The notes under the pieces: generated by a model | The model's database searches: none | What the model was told of the DNA's origin: nothing | The model's input: only the letters and a program-made list of their open reading frames with translations | In this document: positions 1 through 10,952 of the stretch, one piece after another | Layout of the letters: each line of letters opens with the position of its first letter | How positions within the stretch are numbered: position 1 is the first letter of the stretch | Translations under genes and position numbers: made by a program | NCBI GenBank assembly: GCA_964590395.1 | Contig: CAZPVT010000006.1 | Coordinates: 4,093-68,092, forward strand | DNA: 64,000 bases | Direction of reading: 5' to 3' | Origin: an uncultured bacterium | Lineage (GTDB): Bacteria; Hydrothermota; Tepidihabitantia; Tepidihabitantales; Tepidihabitantaceae

Positions 1-329
1 TCGGACTCGCACTCAACGCCAACCCCCTGACCTTTGCTGGACTGGCAGGAATGGGTGATCTGATCGTTACCGCATTTTCACCTCACTCCCGCAACCATCA
101 ACTCGGCCTGGCAATCGGCAAAGGCAAAGAACCTGCTACCGCACTAAAAGAGTTAACCGGGGTCGCTGAGGGTTATCACACCGCACGCACCGGTTTTGAA
201 CTCAGTCGTAAGATGTGGATAGAAATGCCAATTACCGAAGAGATTTATAAAATACTTTATCAAAACGAAAAGCCGGAAAACTCACTTATCCGGCTTTTGA
301 AAAGGCCAACCAAAAAGGAGTTTTACTGA
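1..329 (+). CDS. gpsA: NAD(P)H-dependent glycerol-3-phosphate dehydrogenase, C-terminal fragment (5' end lies outside the window)
   Basis: The reading frame continues upstream of the listed ORF to the window edge (GLALNANPLTFAGLAGMGDLIVT...). The C-terminal region matches the GpsA family (LTCFSPHSRN-like, HTARTGFELS). Confidence 0.8.
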   Translation, partial: GLALNANPLTFAGLAGMGDLIVTAFSPHSRNHQLGLAIGKGKEPATALKELTGVAEGYHTARTGFELSRKMWIEMPITEEIYKILYQNEKPENSLIRLLKRPTKKEFY

Positions 330-673
330 TGAAAAAACAGAAGTTCTATTCTGTATCTCAGGTATGTGAACTTTTAAAGATACCACCCCACACCTTGCGC
401 TACTGGGAAAACCAGTTTGAACTGAAGTTTCAGCGCAACTCTGCCCAACGACGGATCATCTCCTCAGAGCAACTGAAAAAACTGGAACTGATCCAGCATC
501 TTTTGCATCGGGAAAAGATGACCATCAAAGGTGCGCGCCGGAAACTGAAGGAGATGGGGCTAAAACCCGAAGAGTTGCCCCAGACCAAAGACAAACGGGA
601 AATTCTGCTCTGGTTAAAAAAAGAACTGATTGGCTTACGGGCGACACTCCAAGCCAGCAAACCTGCTGATTAA
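329..673 (+). CDS. MerR-family HTH transcriptional regulator
   Basis: N-terminal MerR-type HTH (YSVSQVCELLKIPPHTLRYWE). The ATG overlaps the gpsA stop by 1 nt. Confidence 0.6.
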   Translation: MKKQKFYSVSQVCELLKIPPHTLRYWENQFELKFQRNSAQRRIISSEQLKKLELIQHLLHREKMTIKGARRKLKEMGLKPEELPQTKDKREILLWLKKELIGLRATLQASKPAD

Positions 674-678
674 AGTTT

Positions 679-2346
679 TTAAGAAAGTCCGCTTATCCTG
701 CCGTCATCTGCGATATCAATCTTTAAGGCATTTGGCTTTTTTGCCAGTCCGGGTAAAAGTTCCATATCACCCGCAACCGGCACCAGATAACCCGCACCGG
801 AGCGGATGTGGATTGCAGATATGGTAATTTTAAACCCACTGCACGCCCCAAGGCATTCCGGATCATCGCTCAGCGACAGGGGCGTCTTGGCAATACAGAT
901 CGGCAGTTTATCATAACCCAGCGCATAGATGCGCTTTAACTCCCGCTCTGCCCTTGGCGTATAAACCACCTGATTTGCCCCGTAGATTTTCTTTGCCACC
1001 GTCTCAATCTTCTCCTCGACCCGCCAGTTGTAATCGTAAATCGGCCGATTCTTTCCGGGTTTTTCTATTACCTGCTGTAATACCGCCTGTGCCAGTTCCT
1101 CACACCCCTTACCGCCATCTGTGTGCGGAGAACAAACCACCGCCTTTGTCCCGAGTTCTTCGCAGGACTTGATGACCAGCCGCAACTCATCCTGAGAATC
1201 ACCCTCAAACCGGTTGAGTGCCACCACCGGCTCAATCCCATATGTCCGGCAGTTCTCAATGTGCCGGCGCAAATTTTCCAAACCAAACCAGAGATGACGC
1301 AGTAATCCCTTACGGGGATCGCTTGCCCCTCCCTGATATTTCAGCGCCCGCAATGTCGCAACCAGCACGCATCCGTCAACTGTAAAATTGCCTACCGGAG
1401 CCACCAGATCAACAAACTTCTCAGCACCAAGATCAGAACCGAACCCGGCTTCAATAACTGTCCAGTCGCAGAGACGAAGCGCAGCGTTGGTTGCAATTAT
1501 ACTTGCAGTACCGTGAGCAATATTAGCAAAAGGTCCGGTGTGAATCAGTGCCGGGGTGTTTTCGGTTGTCTGAACTAAATTAGGCTTAACCGCATCCTTC
1601 AAAAGCGCTGCCATCGCTCCGGTCGCTCCCAGATCCTGAGCGGTTATCGGCTTGTCATCATAACTCAGGGCAACCAGTATCTTACCCAAGCGCTGTTTCA
1701 AGTCTGCCCTGCCGGATGCTAAACCCAAAATTGCCATCGCCTCTGAAGCCGCGGTAATTACGCAACTGTCCTCCCGTGCTGGACCGTTTCCCCTGCCACC
1801 CAGCCCTACCACCATTGATCTCAAAACCCGGTCATTCATATCAATCGCCCTGGGAAAGAAAATCTCTCTCTCATCAATACCCAGCGGATTGCCGAAGTGG
1901 ATGGCATTGTCCAGCATTGCGGAAAGCAAATTGTGCGCCGAAGTAACCGCATGGATATCACCGGTAAAGTGCAGGTTAATATCCTCCATCGGCAGAACCT
2001 GGGCATAACCACCACCAGCCGCCCCGCCCTTGATACCAAAAACCGGACCAAGCGATGGCTGACGCAATACCACAATTGACTTTTTTCCCAGCCGGTTTAA
2101 CGCCATTGACAGCCCAATCGAAACCGTGGTTTTACCCTCGCCAAACTTGGTCGGCGTAATCGCGGTTACCAGAATCAGTTTGCCGGTAGGGAAATCTTTG
2201 ATCTGCTCCAGTAGGCGCACGGAAAGTTTCGCCTTATAGTTGCCGTTGGGCAGAATCAGGTCCATATCGGTTATTCCTAATTCCTTAGCGATTTCCCAGA
2301 TCGGCAGCAGTTTTATACTCTGGGCAATGTCAATATCTGAGAGCAT
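679..2346 (-). CDS. fhs: formate--tetrahydrofolate ligase
   Basis: 555 aa with the FGEGKTTVSIGL P-loop-like motif and full-length similarity to FTHFS. Confidence 0.9.
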   Translation of the reverse strand: MLSDIDIAQSIKLLPIWEIAKELGITDMDLILPNGNYKAKLSVRLLEQIKDFPTGKLILVTAITPTKFGEGKTTVSIGLSMALNRLGKKSIVVLRQPSLGPVFGIKGGAAGGGYAQVLPMEDINLHFTGDIHAVTSAHNLLSAMLDNAIHFGNPLGIDEREIFFPRAIDMNDRVLRSMVVGLGGRGNGPAREDSCVITAASEAMAILGLASGRADLKQRLGKILVALSYDDKPITAQDLGATGAMAALLKDAVKPNLVQTTENTPALIHTGPFANIAHGTASIIATNAALRLCDWTVIEAGFGSDLGAEKFVDLVAPVGNFTVDGCVLVATLRALKYQGGASDPRKGLLRHLWFGLENLRRHIENCRTYGIEPVVALNRFEGDSQDELRLVIKSCEELGTKAVVCSPHTDGGKGCEELAQAVLQQVIEKPGKNRPIYDYNWRVEEKIETVAKKIYGANQVVYTPRAERELKRIYALGYDKLPICIAKTPLSLSDDPECLGACSGFKITISAIHIRSGAGYLVPVAGDMELLPGLAKKPNALKIDIADDGRISGLS

Positions 2347-2363
2347 TTTCCCCTCCTTATAAT

Positions 2364-3014
2364 TTACTCCCGGGATATAAGCATTATACTCCCCGCCATT
2401 GCTGCGGCGATCACTGCGGTAACACTAAAAAAGGTAATTGCCGCGGTTGTAGCATTGCGCTGATATGCTCGTAGCGCCGCGCGACGGGACAGTTCTACGG
2501 TTGCCGTATCATCTGCACCAACCGTGACCCAGCGCGTGCCAACCCTCACCGCGTCCCGCTCATAACTTGACAAAAGGGCATAGCGGTCTGCAGGCAAACC
2601 CGCAGGAGAAATCAATCGCCAGAACTGCTCCGGTGTCTCATCCCGATAGGCAAGATACACATCTTTAATCCCGAAGAAACTTAGATAATGCCTACCCTGC
2701 TGAACCGAGAAAACAGTACCAGGTTTTTCCACCAGCATCCTGCAGCCATCACAATAAATTTCGGTTGGCACCGTATCCGGATAGACCGCAACGAACCCAA
2801 TCCCAGCGCCCACCTCCTCAACGAACGAACTGTTTTTATTCCGCTCGGTATCTATCTGCCTTCTTATCGTATCCATCGGCATTGTCGCGGGCAACTCAAT
2901 TCGAAACTGCTCCCTTTCATCAATCAGGTCTGAACCACCCGCGCCTAACGCCCAGCCCCCTGAATTTAGCATCATACCGGATAAGAAAAGTGCCAGCAGA
3001 CTTTTACACCGCAT
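2364..3014 (-). CDS. hypothetical exported protein with C-terminal TM anchor
   Basis: N-terminal signal-peptide-like segment and a C-terminal hydrophobic helix. No recognisable domain. Confidence 0.4.
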   Translation of the reverse strand: MRCKSLLALFLSGMMLNSGGWALGAGGSDLIDEREQFRIELPATMPMDTIRRQIDTERNKNSSFVEEVGAGIGFVAVYPDTVPTEIYCDGCRMLVEKPGTVFSVQQGRHYLSFFGIKDVYLAYRDETPEQFWRLISPAGLPADRYALLSSYERDAVRVGTRWVTVGADDTATVELSRRAALRAYQRNATTAAITFFSVTAVIAAAMAGSIMLISRE

Positions 3015-3017
3015 ATA

Positions 3018-4127
3018 TCAACCTGTGATACCCCTCAGTTGCTTAATAAACCTTGCTATCTCATCTTCGGTATTATAGAAATGCGGTGATATCCGGAGCC
3101 AGTTCTGACGGACCGCACAGCAGTAACCGCTCTGCTCCATTTTACGCTGAACCTCAACCATATCCCGCTCCGGATGCCGGCAGGTAACGATGCCTGCCCT
3201 CTTATTGCGCTCCCTCGGTGTCAACACCTCAAAACCAGCGCCTGAAAGTTCAGAAAGCAACATCCCGGCGAGACTTAAAACCCGCTCCTCAATCTCCTGC
3301 AGACCGAAATCCAGCAGTAATTTCAAAGAGGCACGCAAACCATAAATCCCAACATAATTCTTTGTCCCCTCTTCAAACCGACGGGCATTTTTCTTTAACG
3401 GTCTTGGGGTAAAACAGTCATTAAAATCAACCCAGTGCGCAGAAAGCCAGCCAAGATTATATGGTTTTAATCTGGGTAAATGTTTTAAGTTAACATAAAG
3501 CAGACCTACCCCCTGCGGAGAAAGAAGCCACTTACCACCACCAGCCACCACAAAATCCGCACCAATCTGACTAAAATCCTCATTTATCACACCCAACCCC
3601 TGTATCGCATCTAATATAAAAAATATCCTATGCCTCTGACAGAACCTACCAATCTCCTGGACATCAAATCTCGTACCAGAAAGGAAATGGACCCAGTCCA
3701 GCGCCACCGCTTTCGTTTTTTTATCTACCAGTCTGAAAACAGTTTCTGGTCCCTGGCTGAGTTCAGTGGCGGTAACAAACCGCTTCTCAATCTCTGGCAA
3801 AAGCAGATGGTAAGGATAAGTATTGGCAGGAAATCCGTCCTTCATCATTATCAGATTATCCTCAGGTTCCCATGGTATTGAGCCAATGGCAATTATAATT
3901 CCGCTGGTGGTATTTTTCACAAATGCTATCTCATCCGGCTTTCCCCTCATCACTCTCCCGGCAAGGACTCTTGTCTCCTCCACCACCTGTTCTGCTTCAG
4001 CATAGGGAACGCACCCGTTTTCTGCTGACTGGCGGAGAAAACCTTGCATCGCCTTCACCGTTGTTGACGGTAGCGGTCCGGTTCCGGCATTATTAAAATA
4101 TACCAGCCGGTTAACAACCGGAAACAT
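3018..4127 (-). CDS. class V aminotransferase (cysteine desulfurase / selenocysteine lyase-like)
   Basis: PLP fold V signatures (VYFNNAGTGPLP ... internal lysine region). The start is taken at the internal Met MFPVVNRL, but 4160 is also possible and the upstream part of the listed ORF looks non-coding. Confidence 0.65.
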   Translation of the reverse strand: MFPVVNRLVYFNNAGTGPLPSTTVKAMQGFLRQSAENGCVPYAEAEQVVEETRVLAGRVMRGKPDEIAFVKNTTSGIIIAIGSIPWEPEDNLIMMKDGFPANTYPYHLLLPEIEKRFVTATELSQGPETVFRLVDKKTKAVALDWVHFLSGTRFDVQEIGRFCQRHRIFFILDAIQGLGVINEDFSQIGADFVVAGGGKWLLSPQGVGLLYVNLKHLPRLKPYNLGWLSAHWVDFNDCFTPRPLKKNARRFEEGTKNYVGIYGLRASLKLLLDFGLQEIEERVLSLAGMLLSELSGAGFEVLTPRERNKRAGIVTCRHPERDMVEVQRKMEQSGYCCAVRQNWLRISPHFYNTEDEIARFIKQLRGITG

Positions 4128-4286
4128 CCGGCGCACCCGTTCAACCGTAATTTTTACCATAAGGCAAAATTTTGCCCGCTTATAATTAAAAGTCAAATCT
4201 GTGGTTGACTTTTGCCCTATCAAGGTATAATTAAAATGTGTCCCCAAATCGTAGAGTTGTTAAAATTAAGTAAGTAAGGAGGTAAT

Positions 4287-7200
4287 GTGAACCGTCTTTT
4301 TGTTGTCTTGATGCTGATAGCCGGCATTGCACTGGCAGGCAATATCACCCGGACATTTAACTTTTCCCCTGATTTAATTAAACTTGGCACCCGGGACGGC
4401 TATACCACAGTTGAGCTCAACATGGCAGCCTGTCCTGGTAATCTGGGTGAGCCGGACCTGCCGGTCCTGCCCTACCAGGTGGTAATTCCGGCTGATGCGG
4501 AAGTTACCGGTCTGGAGATAATCTCGTATAAGGAAGAACCAATTCCAGGCACCTATAAGGTTATTCCGGTCCAGCATCCTATCCCCTGGAAAAAGGAGTA
4601 TCAACCGATGCCATTTGTTCCGCCTGACCCCCAGATTTACGCCCAAAATCAGCTCTGGCCCCAGCTACCTGCCCGGTTTGCCCATACCGGCAGTAAATCT
4701 GGCTATCGGATTGCCAGTTTCTGGGTTTATCCGGTCCGGTATAATCCGGTAACCGGCAAACTCTATGCGCTGAGCAGTATCACTATTCGGCTTAACTACC
4801 AATCCGGACTGCATCCTGTTCCCGCTTATACCGATTTACAGATCAAACTTTTTGGTGACCAGGTAAAGATGCTTGTCATCAATCCGGAAGAGGTTGACCG
4901 ATTCGCTCCACCCAAAAGGACAAAAAGTTACGGCTCACTCCTTCTTGAGCCTGGCACCTATGAGCACATCATTTTAACCGGTCAGCAGTTTGCAGATTCA
5001 CTTATCTGGCTACGCGACTGGCGGACCAAACTGGGTTGGCGCTCCAAAATCGTGATTCTTGAATCAATCTGCGCTACCTATCCGGGCAGAGACAATGCAG
5101 AAAAGATGCGCAACTTTATTAAAGACGCTGATACCACCTGGGGCACAATCTTTGTCTTCATCGCCCGACCTGACTATCCAGCAAACTACTATCGGATCGC
5201 GCGTGCTTATGGTTATGACTTTTTCTCGGATATGTACTTCTCGGACCTTGACGGCACCTGGGACAGAAATAATAACAACATCTTCGGTGAACCTGCGGAC
5301 TCGGTTGACGGCTATGCTGATGTCCACATCGGAATGATGACCTTAAACCAGTTCTCAGAAATTGCCAATGTCCGCAACAAGATTATGCGCTACGAAACCG
5401 CACCGGACACCACTGGCAACTGGTGGCATAAAATACTTTTGCCCAACGGCGTAGACTTCTCTGACAACTACAACGACTCCATTGCCAATGCCAGTCCAAC
5501 CCCGCCATATTTTGACCTGAAGATGTATTACTCGGGTAATGGCCAGGTTATCCCAACTCCCCAGCGCTACTGCGACTCTTTGAACTCCGGGTACACTTTC
5601 ACTTCGGTTATCGCACACGGTGACCCGGACTTATATGAACTTGGTGGTTATGTTACCAGCCAGATGATGCTCAATCTGACCAACATCAACCGTCTTAACT
5701 GCCTGACCGCGGTCTGCTGTCATACCGGTGAATGGGATGCCGGCTCAACCAATGGCGACTGTATAGCCGAAAATATGTTTAACCACGCACCAAACGGCTT
5801 TATCGGTGTAATGATGAACTCCCACTATGGCTGGATCAATGTTGCCGAAAAACTGAACTATGCGGTCGCCTACGGGTTTTTCGGATTCAGAACCGCTCGC
5901 AAAATCCATCAGGCAGAAATGCTCTCCTATGGCAGAGACTACTGGGTACCGGTAATCCTTGACTCCCAGAAGTACCGGATGGAAATAATGGAACGCAACC
6001 TGTTTGGTGAACCTGCCACCCCGATCTGGCGTGCCCGACCGTTTATTCCTGTGGTAAGCAAACCAACTTCAATCAACATTGGCAACAACATCCCGGTGAC
6101 CATAACTGTCCAGACCCCGGGTTTTGCGCCCGTGGAATCCGCAATGGTTGTCCTCCAGAAAACTAACGAAACTTTTGTCCGGGGCTGGACCAACTCTTCA
6201 GGACAGGTTACGATGCTGGTATCCTGTCCGACCCCGGGCTTTCTCAAACTCTCGGTCGTAGGTGCAAACAACATCCCCTATTTTGACTCAATCGTAGTTG
6301 TATCCAGCAGCAGGTATATTTCCTATCTCAAACACTATATCAACGACCCACCACCTGGTGGTAATGGCGACAGCATCATCAATCCCGGTGAATCGTTCCG
6401 GATTCCGATGTGGCTCAAGAATTACGGCAATCTGACCGCAAATAATGTAACCGCCCGGCTCCGCACCCGCACCGCTGGTGTTACCGTAACCGATTCAGTC
6501 AAAAACTTCGGTAACATTGCCGGTGGTGATTCAGCCTTTAACAGTCAGGGTTTTGGAATGACCGTTGCTAACGGTCTGCCCAACCGTTATCCCATCTCCT
6601 GTTCGCTTATCTGCAAAGATGCCCTGGACTCCACCTGGGTCTCATTTATCATCCTGTATGTCGGTGCCCCCGCAATTGACTTTGTTAATAAAACGGTAAA
6701 AGATTCAGCCTCCTCCCAGCCAAACGGCAGGCTTGACCCGGGTGAAACCGCTGACCTTGAAGTTACCCTCTGTAACTCTGGATTGGGTAATGCTTATAAT
6801 GTTCGGGCAGTTCTGCGCTCCGGTGATAGTAGATTGGTGGTCTCTGATTCGGTAGCACTCTACGGCACAATTCCGGCTGGTGCCAGCGCCACCAACCGTA
6901 CCGATCGCTTTACCCTGTTCGCCTCATCCTCAATCCCACCGGAAACACCAATTACCTGCACGCTCGCGGTATCGGCTGATAACGGCTACTATAGCCGGTC
7001 AACCTTTACAATTATCATCGCTGAAATGCGCCCGATTGACCCGATTCCGGACAACTCCAACCCGCCACTTTACTGGGCTTACGACGAGGTGGATACGCTC
7101 TATCCACATTATCCTGAGTTTGAATGGGTGGAGATTTACGGTATTGGCACCAGATTGAATCTGAGTGATGACCAGACAATAACCATTGACCTGCCCCCAT

Positions 7201-8006
7201 CATTTGGACCATTTATCTTCTATAATCAGCGCTACACCCAGATCTCCATCTGCTCCAACGGCTGGATTGCTCCTGGGTATACCACACTGACCACCTATGA
7301 TAACACCACACTTCCCAACACCTCTATGCCACCGCTGATTGCTGCGAACTGGGATGACCTTTACCCGCCCTACGGTGACAGTGTCTGGTATTACCATGAT
7401 ACCGCCAATCACCGGTTTATTATTGAGTGGGACTCGGTGTATTACTGGAACAGCACGCAATGGGAGAAGTTTGAAATAATCATTTATGATACCACGCTTG
7501 CCAGTGCAGATGGCAACTCCAGAATCGTTATTCAGTATCTTAGCGCAAATAAGGCAGGCAGTTCTGCAACCGTGGGAATTCAGGACCACACCCGGACCAG
7601 ATACATCCAGACACTTTACAACGGCTCATATCACCGTTGCGCCTCACCCTGGATTCCTAACCATGCGATAAAATTTTCCACTGATAGCCCCACCGGAGTT
7701 ACTGAACAGTTCGGTGCCTCACTCTCGGCTAAAGGCAAAATCCTCGCAATAGCACCCACCCATTTCCATCACACCACCACCATTAACTGGCTGGTGCCAA
7801 GAGCCGGTGAAGTAGAACTGAAGATATATGACCCTCTGGGCAGAGTTATTAAAACCCTGATCAAGGGAAAAATGCAACCGGGAACCTACTCAACGGTCTG
7901 GAATGGAACTGACGAAAACCGCAGGAAAGTTGCTAACGGCATCTACTTCATTCGGCTGACAACTCCGGATAACTCAGTAAAGGTAAAAACTGTCATCACC
8001 CGGTAA
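4287..8006 (+). CDS. secreted gingipain-like cysteine peptidase (C25 family) with C-terminal T9SS sorting domain
   Basis: Signal peptide, C25-like propeptide and catalytic region (VIAHGDPDLYE His region, TAVCCHTGEWD Cys region). Ig/CARDB-like middle domains. The last ~70 aa match a T9SS type-A CTD (KIYDPLGRVIKTL...NGIYFIRL). Confidence 0.75.
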   Translation: MNRLFVVLMLIAGIALAGNITRTFNFSPDLIKLGTRDGYTTVELNMAACPGNLGEPDLPVLPYQVVIPADAEVTGLEIISYKEEPIPGTYKVIPVQHPIPWKKEYQPMPFVPPDPQIYAQNQLWPQLPARFAHTGSKSGYRIASFWVYPVRYNPVTGKLYALSSITIRLNYQSGLHPVPAYTDLQIKLFGDQVKMLVINPEEVDRFAPPKRTKSYGSLLLEPGTYEHIILTGQQFADSLIWLRDWRTKLGWRSKIVILESICATYPGRDNAEKMRNFIKDADTTWGTIFVFIARPDYPANYYRIARAYGYDFFSDMYFSDLDGTWDRNNNNIFGEPADSVDGYADVHIGMMTLNQFSEIANVRNKIMRYETAPDTTGNWWHKILLPNGVDFSDNYNDSIANASPTPPYFDLKMYYSGNGQVIPTPQRYCDSLNSGYTFTSVIAHGDPDLYELGGYVTSQMMLNLTNINRLNCLTAVCCHTGEWDAGSTNGDCIAENMFNHAPNGFIGVMMNSHYGWINVAEKLNYAVAYGFFGFRTARKIHQAEMLSYGRDYWVPVILDSQKYRMEIMERNLFGEPATPIWRARPFIPVVSKPTSINIGNNIPVTITVQTPGFAPVESAMVVLQKTNETFVRGWTNSSGQVTMLVSCPTPGFLKLSVVGANNIPYFDSIVVVSSSRYISYLKHYINDPPPGGNGDSIINPGESFRIPMWLKNYGNLTANNVTARLRTRTAGVTVTDSVKNFGNIAGGDSAFNSQGFGMTVANGLPNRYPISCSLICKDALDSTWVSFIILYVGAPAIDFVNKTVKDSASSQPNGRLDPGETADLEVTLCNSGLGNAYNVRAVLRSGDSRLVVSDSVALYGTIPAGASATNRTDRFTLFASSSIPPETPITCTLAVSADNGYYSRSTFTIIIAEMRPIDPIPDNSNPPLYWAYDEVDTLYPHYPEFEWVEIYGIGTRLNLSDDQTITIDLPPSFGPFIFYNQRYTQISICSNGWIAPGYTTLTTYDNTTLPNTSMPPLIAANWDDLYPPYGDSVWYYHDTANHRFIIEWDSVYYWNSTQWEKFEIIIYDTTLASADGNSRIVIQYLSANKAGSSATVGIQDHTRTRYIQTLYNGSYHRCASPWIPNHAIKFSTDSPTGVTEQFGASLSAKGKILAIAPTHFHHTTTINWLVPRAGEVELKIYDPLGRVIKTLIKGKMQPGTYSTVWNGTDENRRKVANGIYFIRLTTPDNSVKVKTVITR

Positions 8007-8023
8007 GGAGAGGCTAAAAGATA

Positions 8024-8998
8024 CTACATCAAACTCCAGCCCCGCTCCAAATCTCTGACTGCTGATTCGTTAAAATCCGCACACCTTTTCAGCAGGTTAA
8101 CCACCATTTCCCTCTCTGAATTCTTTAATGAAAATTTATCCGGCTCACCCACCATTTGCTTAATTTGATCCAAATTATTAAATGAACGGGCAAACATCTC
8201 CCCTGCCTTATTCAAATACTGTGCCACCTCTTGCCAGCGCTTCGCCAACCGCCGGCAGAATCCAGCCGCCCACATCTGCAACTCCCAGTAACACATTAAA
8301 TTATAGATAAATCCAAGTTTATCAAACCGACACTTTGCCACCGCATCCGCCCAGGTGCGAAATGCGGTTGCACCATAAAAGTACTCCCCACTGAAGCAGG
8401 GAGCAAGACCACGCAGAAGTTTTGTCGCCCTGCCGATTGCTTCTCGGGCACATCTCTCTTGAACAACAGAAAAACTTTCCCCAAAGAAAATCCCTGCTAT
8501 CCGCCCGAGGGTTTTAAGTTCGTTGTATCTGATCTCCTGTCTAACACCGGCTTGTTTCTGAACCAGATAATATTGCTCACGATAGCCACAAACCAAACCA
8601 AACTCCGGTGCATCACCCGCGCCCCAGACAATACAGCAGTTACCGGAATCGATCTCCTCCTTTACCCGGGTAAAAAGTTCCATAAATAAATCATCCTCCC
8701 CACCCTCTACCGCTACCAGTTCGATTTCAATCCCCAGTGACCGCGTTCCCTCAACCAGAATATTCCAATCAAATTCAACTGGTCCGGTAGGTAGCAATTC
8801 CGGATGAATATTAACGATAAAGGCGTAACCGCTCATACCAGCCACATCGGTTAAATCGCATTTTATCCCCAGGGAACGCAAGATCGCGGTTACCACACCA
8901 ACATAACTCACCCATACATCAGAACAATCAACGTTTATGTCAATCACCTTCATCTCGCAAGAATTTTGGTTCACACCTATTTCCCCTTTCCCAGCCAC
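8024..8998 (-). CDS. hypothetical protein (possibly BtrH_N/DUF4872-like, unverified)
   Basis: 324-aa ORF with good coding character and no motif I can name confidently. Confidence 0.35.
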   Translation of the reverse strand: MAGKGEIGVNQNSCEMKVIDINVDCSDVWVSYVGVVTAILRSLGIKCDLTDVAGMSGYAFIVNIHPELLPTGPVEFDWNILVEGTRSLGIEIELVAVEGGEDDLFMELFTRVKEEIDSGNCCIVWGAGDAPEFGLVCGYREQYYLVQKQAGVRQEIRYNELKTLGRIAGIFFGESFSVVQERCAREAIGRATKLLRGLAPCFSGEYFYGATAFRTWADAVAKCRFDKLGFIYNLMCYWELQMWAAGFCRRLAKRWQEVAQYLNKAGEMFARSFNNLDQIKQMVGEPDKFSLKNSEREMVVNLLKRCADFNESAVRDLERGWSLM

Positions 8999-9513
8999 GG
9001 CATCGGATCAACCGCCTTACCGCCGATACGTATTTCAAAATGAAGTATCTCACCGCTCAACCCGATAACATCACCGGCATTTAGCACCTGCCCGGCACTG
9101 ACCCGCAGTTCATTCAATCGAGTGTACACGGTGTGGTAACCACCACCGTGTTCAATTATTACCATTAAACCCTGCCCCATAAACGCATCCGCATAACTCA
9201 CCCTCCCTTTACTGATTGCCTTAACTGGACTGTTTTTCTGACAACTGATGTCAATCCCAAGATTTTTGGTCTTGGTGCCGTATTTCGGATCGAGTTGAAC
9301 TCCAAAATTGGCAACTATTTTCCCGTTTACCGGCCATGGTAATCTACCTTTATTCACCTCAATCGGATGTCGGGCTGGGGAAGCACTCTGTTTTTGGGAT
9401 TGGGGAGCGGGCTTTTTGCCGCGCCTAAATCTTGGCGTACTAGTATAAAATATGCCAGTGCAGTCAAGTAACAACAATACGACAATGAACCAAGGTAACT
9501 GGCGCCAAGCCAC
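8977..9513 (-). CDS. M23 family metallopeptidase (exported)
   Basis: Signal peptide, then an M23 fold signature (...GIDISCQKNSPVKAISKGRV ... GYHTVYTRL ... HFEIRIGGKAVDP). Confidence 0.75.
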   Translation of the reverse strand: MAWRQLPWFIVVLLLLDCTGIFYTSTPRFRRGKKPAPQSQKQSASPARHPIEVNKGRLPWPVNGKIVANFGVQLDPKYGTKTKNLGIDISCQKNSPVKAISKGRVSYADAFMGQGLMVIIEHGGGYHTVYTRLNELRVSAGQVLNAGDVIGLSGEILHFEIRIGGKAVDPMPWLGKGK

Positions 9514-9554
9514 TAAAATCTTTTACCCACTTCTACCTCAAAGTCAACCCTGAC

Positions 9555-9587
9555 TAAAAAAGGGCGCCAGAAATACGGGCGCCCTTA
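9555..9587 (-). terminator. rho-independent terminator downstream of gdh (minus strand)
   Basis: A 9-bp GC-rich stem (AAGGGCGCC / GGCGCCCTT) followed on the minus strand by a TTTTTT run, immediately 3' of the 9618..10937 gene. Confidence 0.5.
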
Positions 9588-9617
9588 AAGAGCGGTTTTT
9601 ATAGTAAAATCAACCCA

Positions 9618-10937
9618 TTATGGGAAAATGCCCCGTTCCTTGTAGACCTTCTCCAGCCGCGCAAGAGCCACAATATATGCCGCTGTCCGCCAGTTGACCT
9701 TGAATTTCCTTGCCGTTTCTCTCACCCGCTGGTAACCACCGACTATCTTCTTGTACAACTTGCAGTCAACCTCCTGCAACTCCCAAAACTCGCTGCGCTT
9801 ATTCTGAAGCCACTCAAAGTAACTGACGATCACCCCCCCCGAATTGCAGAGAATATCAGGCAGAACATCAATTCCCCGTTTTGCCAGTATCTCATCACCT
9901 TCAGGTGTTGTTGGTCCATTCGCGCCTTCAGCAACCAGCCGAACGTTGAGCAAAGGTGTTGTTTCCGCAGTAATCTGGTTCTCAAGCGCTGCCGGAATAA
10001 AGATATCAGCCCGGGTGCGGAGGAATTCGGTATGAGTTATCATTTTTGCTTTCGGATAACCGTTTACGCCACCGTGTTCCTTTACATAACTGGCCAGCTC
10101 TTCAGGATCGATACCCTCAGGATTGCCAATAGCACCGGTAACATCTTCAACTGCCAGCAATCCGGCACCAAGCGGCTTCAGTAGGCGTGCTGCCCAAGAA
10201 CCAACATTGCCAAATCCCTGAACGATATAGGTCGCCTTACTAAGGTCAAAGTTGTTGTCCTTTGCCCATTCTCTGATTAGAAACACCACACCCTGACCAG
10301 TCGCCTTGTCCCGACCGACACTACCACCCGACTCAATCGGCTTGCCGGTTACAACACCCAAGCATCGCTGACGCTCAAACGCTGGCATCATTGACTGGTA
10401 AGTATCAAGAATCCAGGCCATTATCTGGGGGTTAGTATTAACATCCGGTGCCGGAATATCGTAATCAGCACCGATGGTATTACCCAGTGCATAAGTAAAG
10501 CGTCTGGTAATCCGCTCCAGTTCTGAAAACGAGTATTTACTCGGGTCTAACTGAATACCGCCTTTGGCTCCGCCAAATGGAATATTTACGATTGCCGACT
10601 TCCAGGTCATCCAGGTTGCCAGTGCCCGGACCTCATCGATGTCAACCGCCGGATGATATCTCAGCCCGCCTTTGAAAGGACCAAGCGCGTTGTTATGTTG
10701 CACCCGATAGCCGGTAAACACCTCGATTCTCCCGTCATCCATCTTAACTGGAAAATGGACGATAATCTCATTCATCGTCGTCCCCAATATCTTTCGGACA
10801 CCGACATCAAGCTTCATCAGATCAGCAGCCTTGTTAAACTGTCTAATTACATCCTCATAGACACTGTGTCGCTTCTGTTGCCTCAAGTTATTCCGAAACT
10901 CACGAATTTTGGCACGTCCTTTTGTTGTCACCGCCAT
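9618..10937 (-). CDS. gdh: Glu/Leu/Phe/Val-family glutamate dehydrogenase (439 aa type)
   Basis: GGAKGGI active-site motif plus an NAD(P)-binding Rossmann motif (GFGNVGSWAA). Confidence 0.85.
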   Translation of the reverse strand: MAVTTKGRAKIREFRNNLRQQKRHSVYEDVIRQFNKAADLMKLDVGVRKILGTTMNEIIVHFPVKMDDGRIEVFTGYRVQHNNALGPFKGGLRYHPAVDIDEVRALATWMTWKSAIVNIPFGGAKGGIQLDPSKYSFSELERITRRFTYALGNTIGADYDIPAPDVNTNPQIMAWILDTYQSMMPAFERQRCLGVVTGKPIESGGSVGRDKATGQGVVFLIREWAKDNNFDLSKATYIVQGFGNVGSWAARLLKPLGAGLLAVEDVTGAIGNPEGIDPEELASYVKEHGGVNGYPKAKMITHTEFLRTRADIFIPAALENQITAETTPLLNVRLVAEGANGPTTPEGDEILAKRGIDVLPDILCNSGGVIVSYFEWLQNKRSEFWELQEVDCKLYKKIVGGYQRVRETARKFKVNWRTAAYIVALARLEKVYKERGIFP

Positions 10938-10952
10938 TTGGCACCTCGCTAT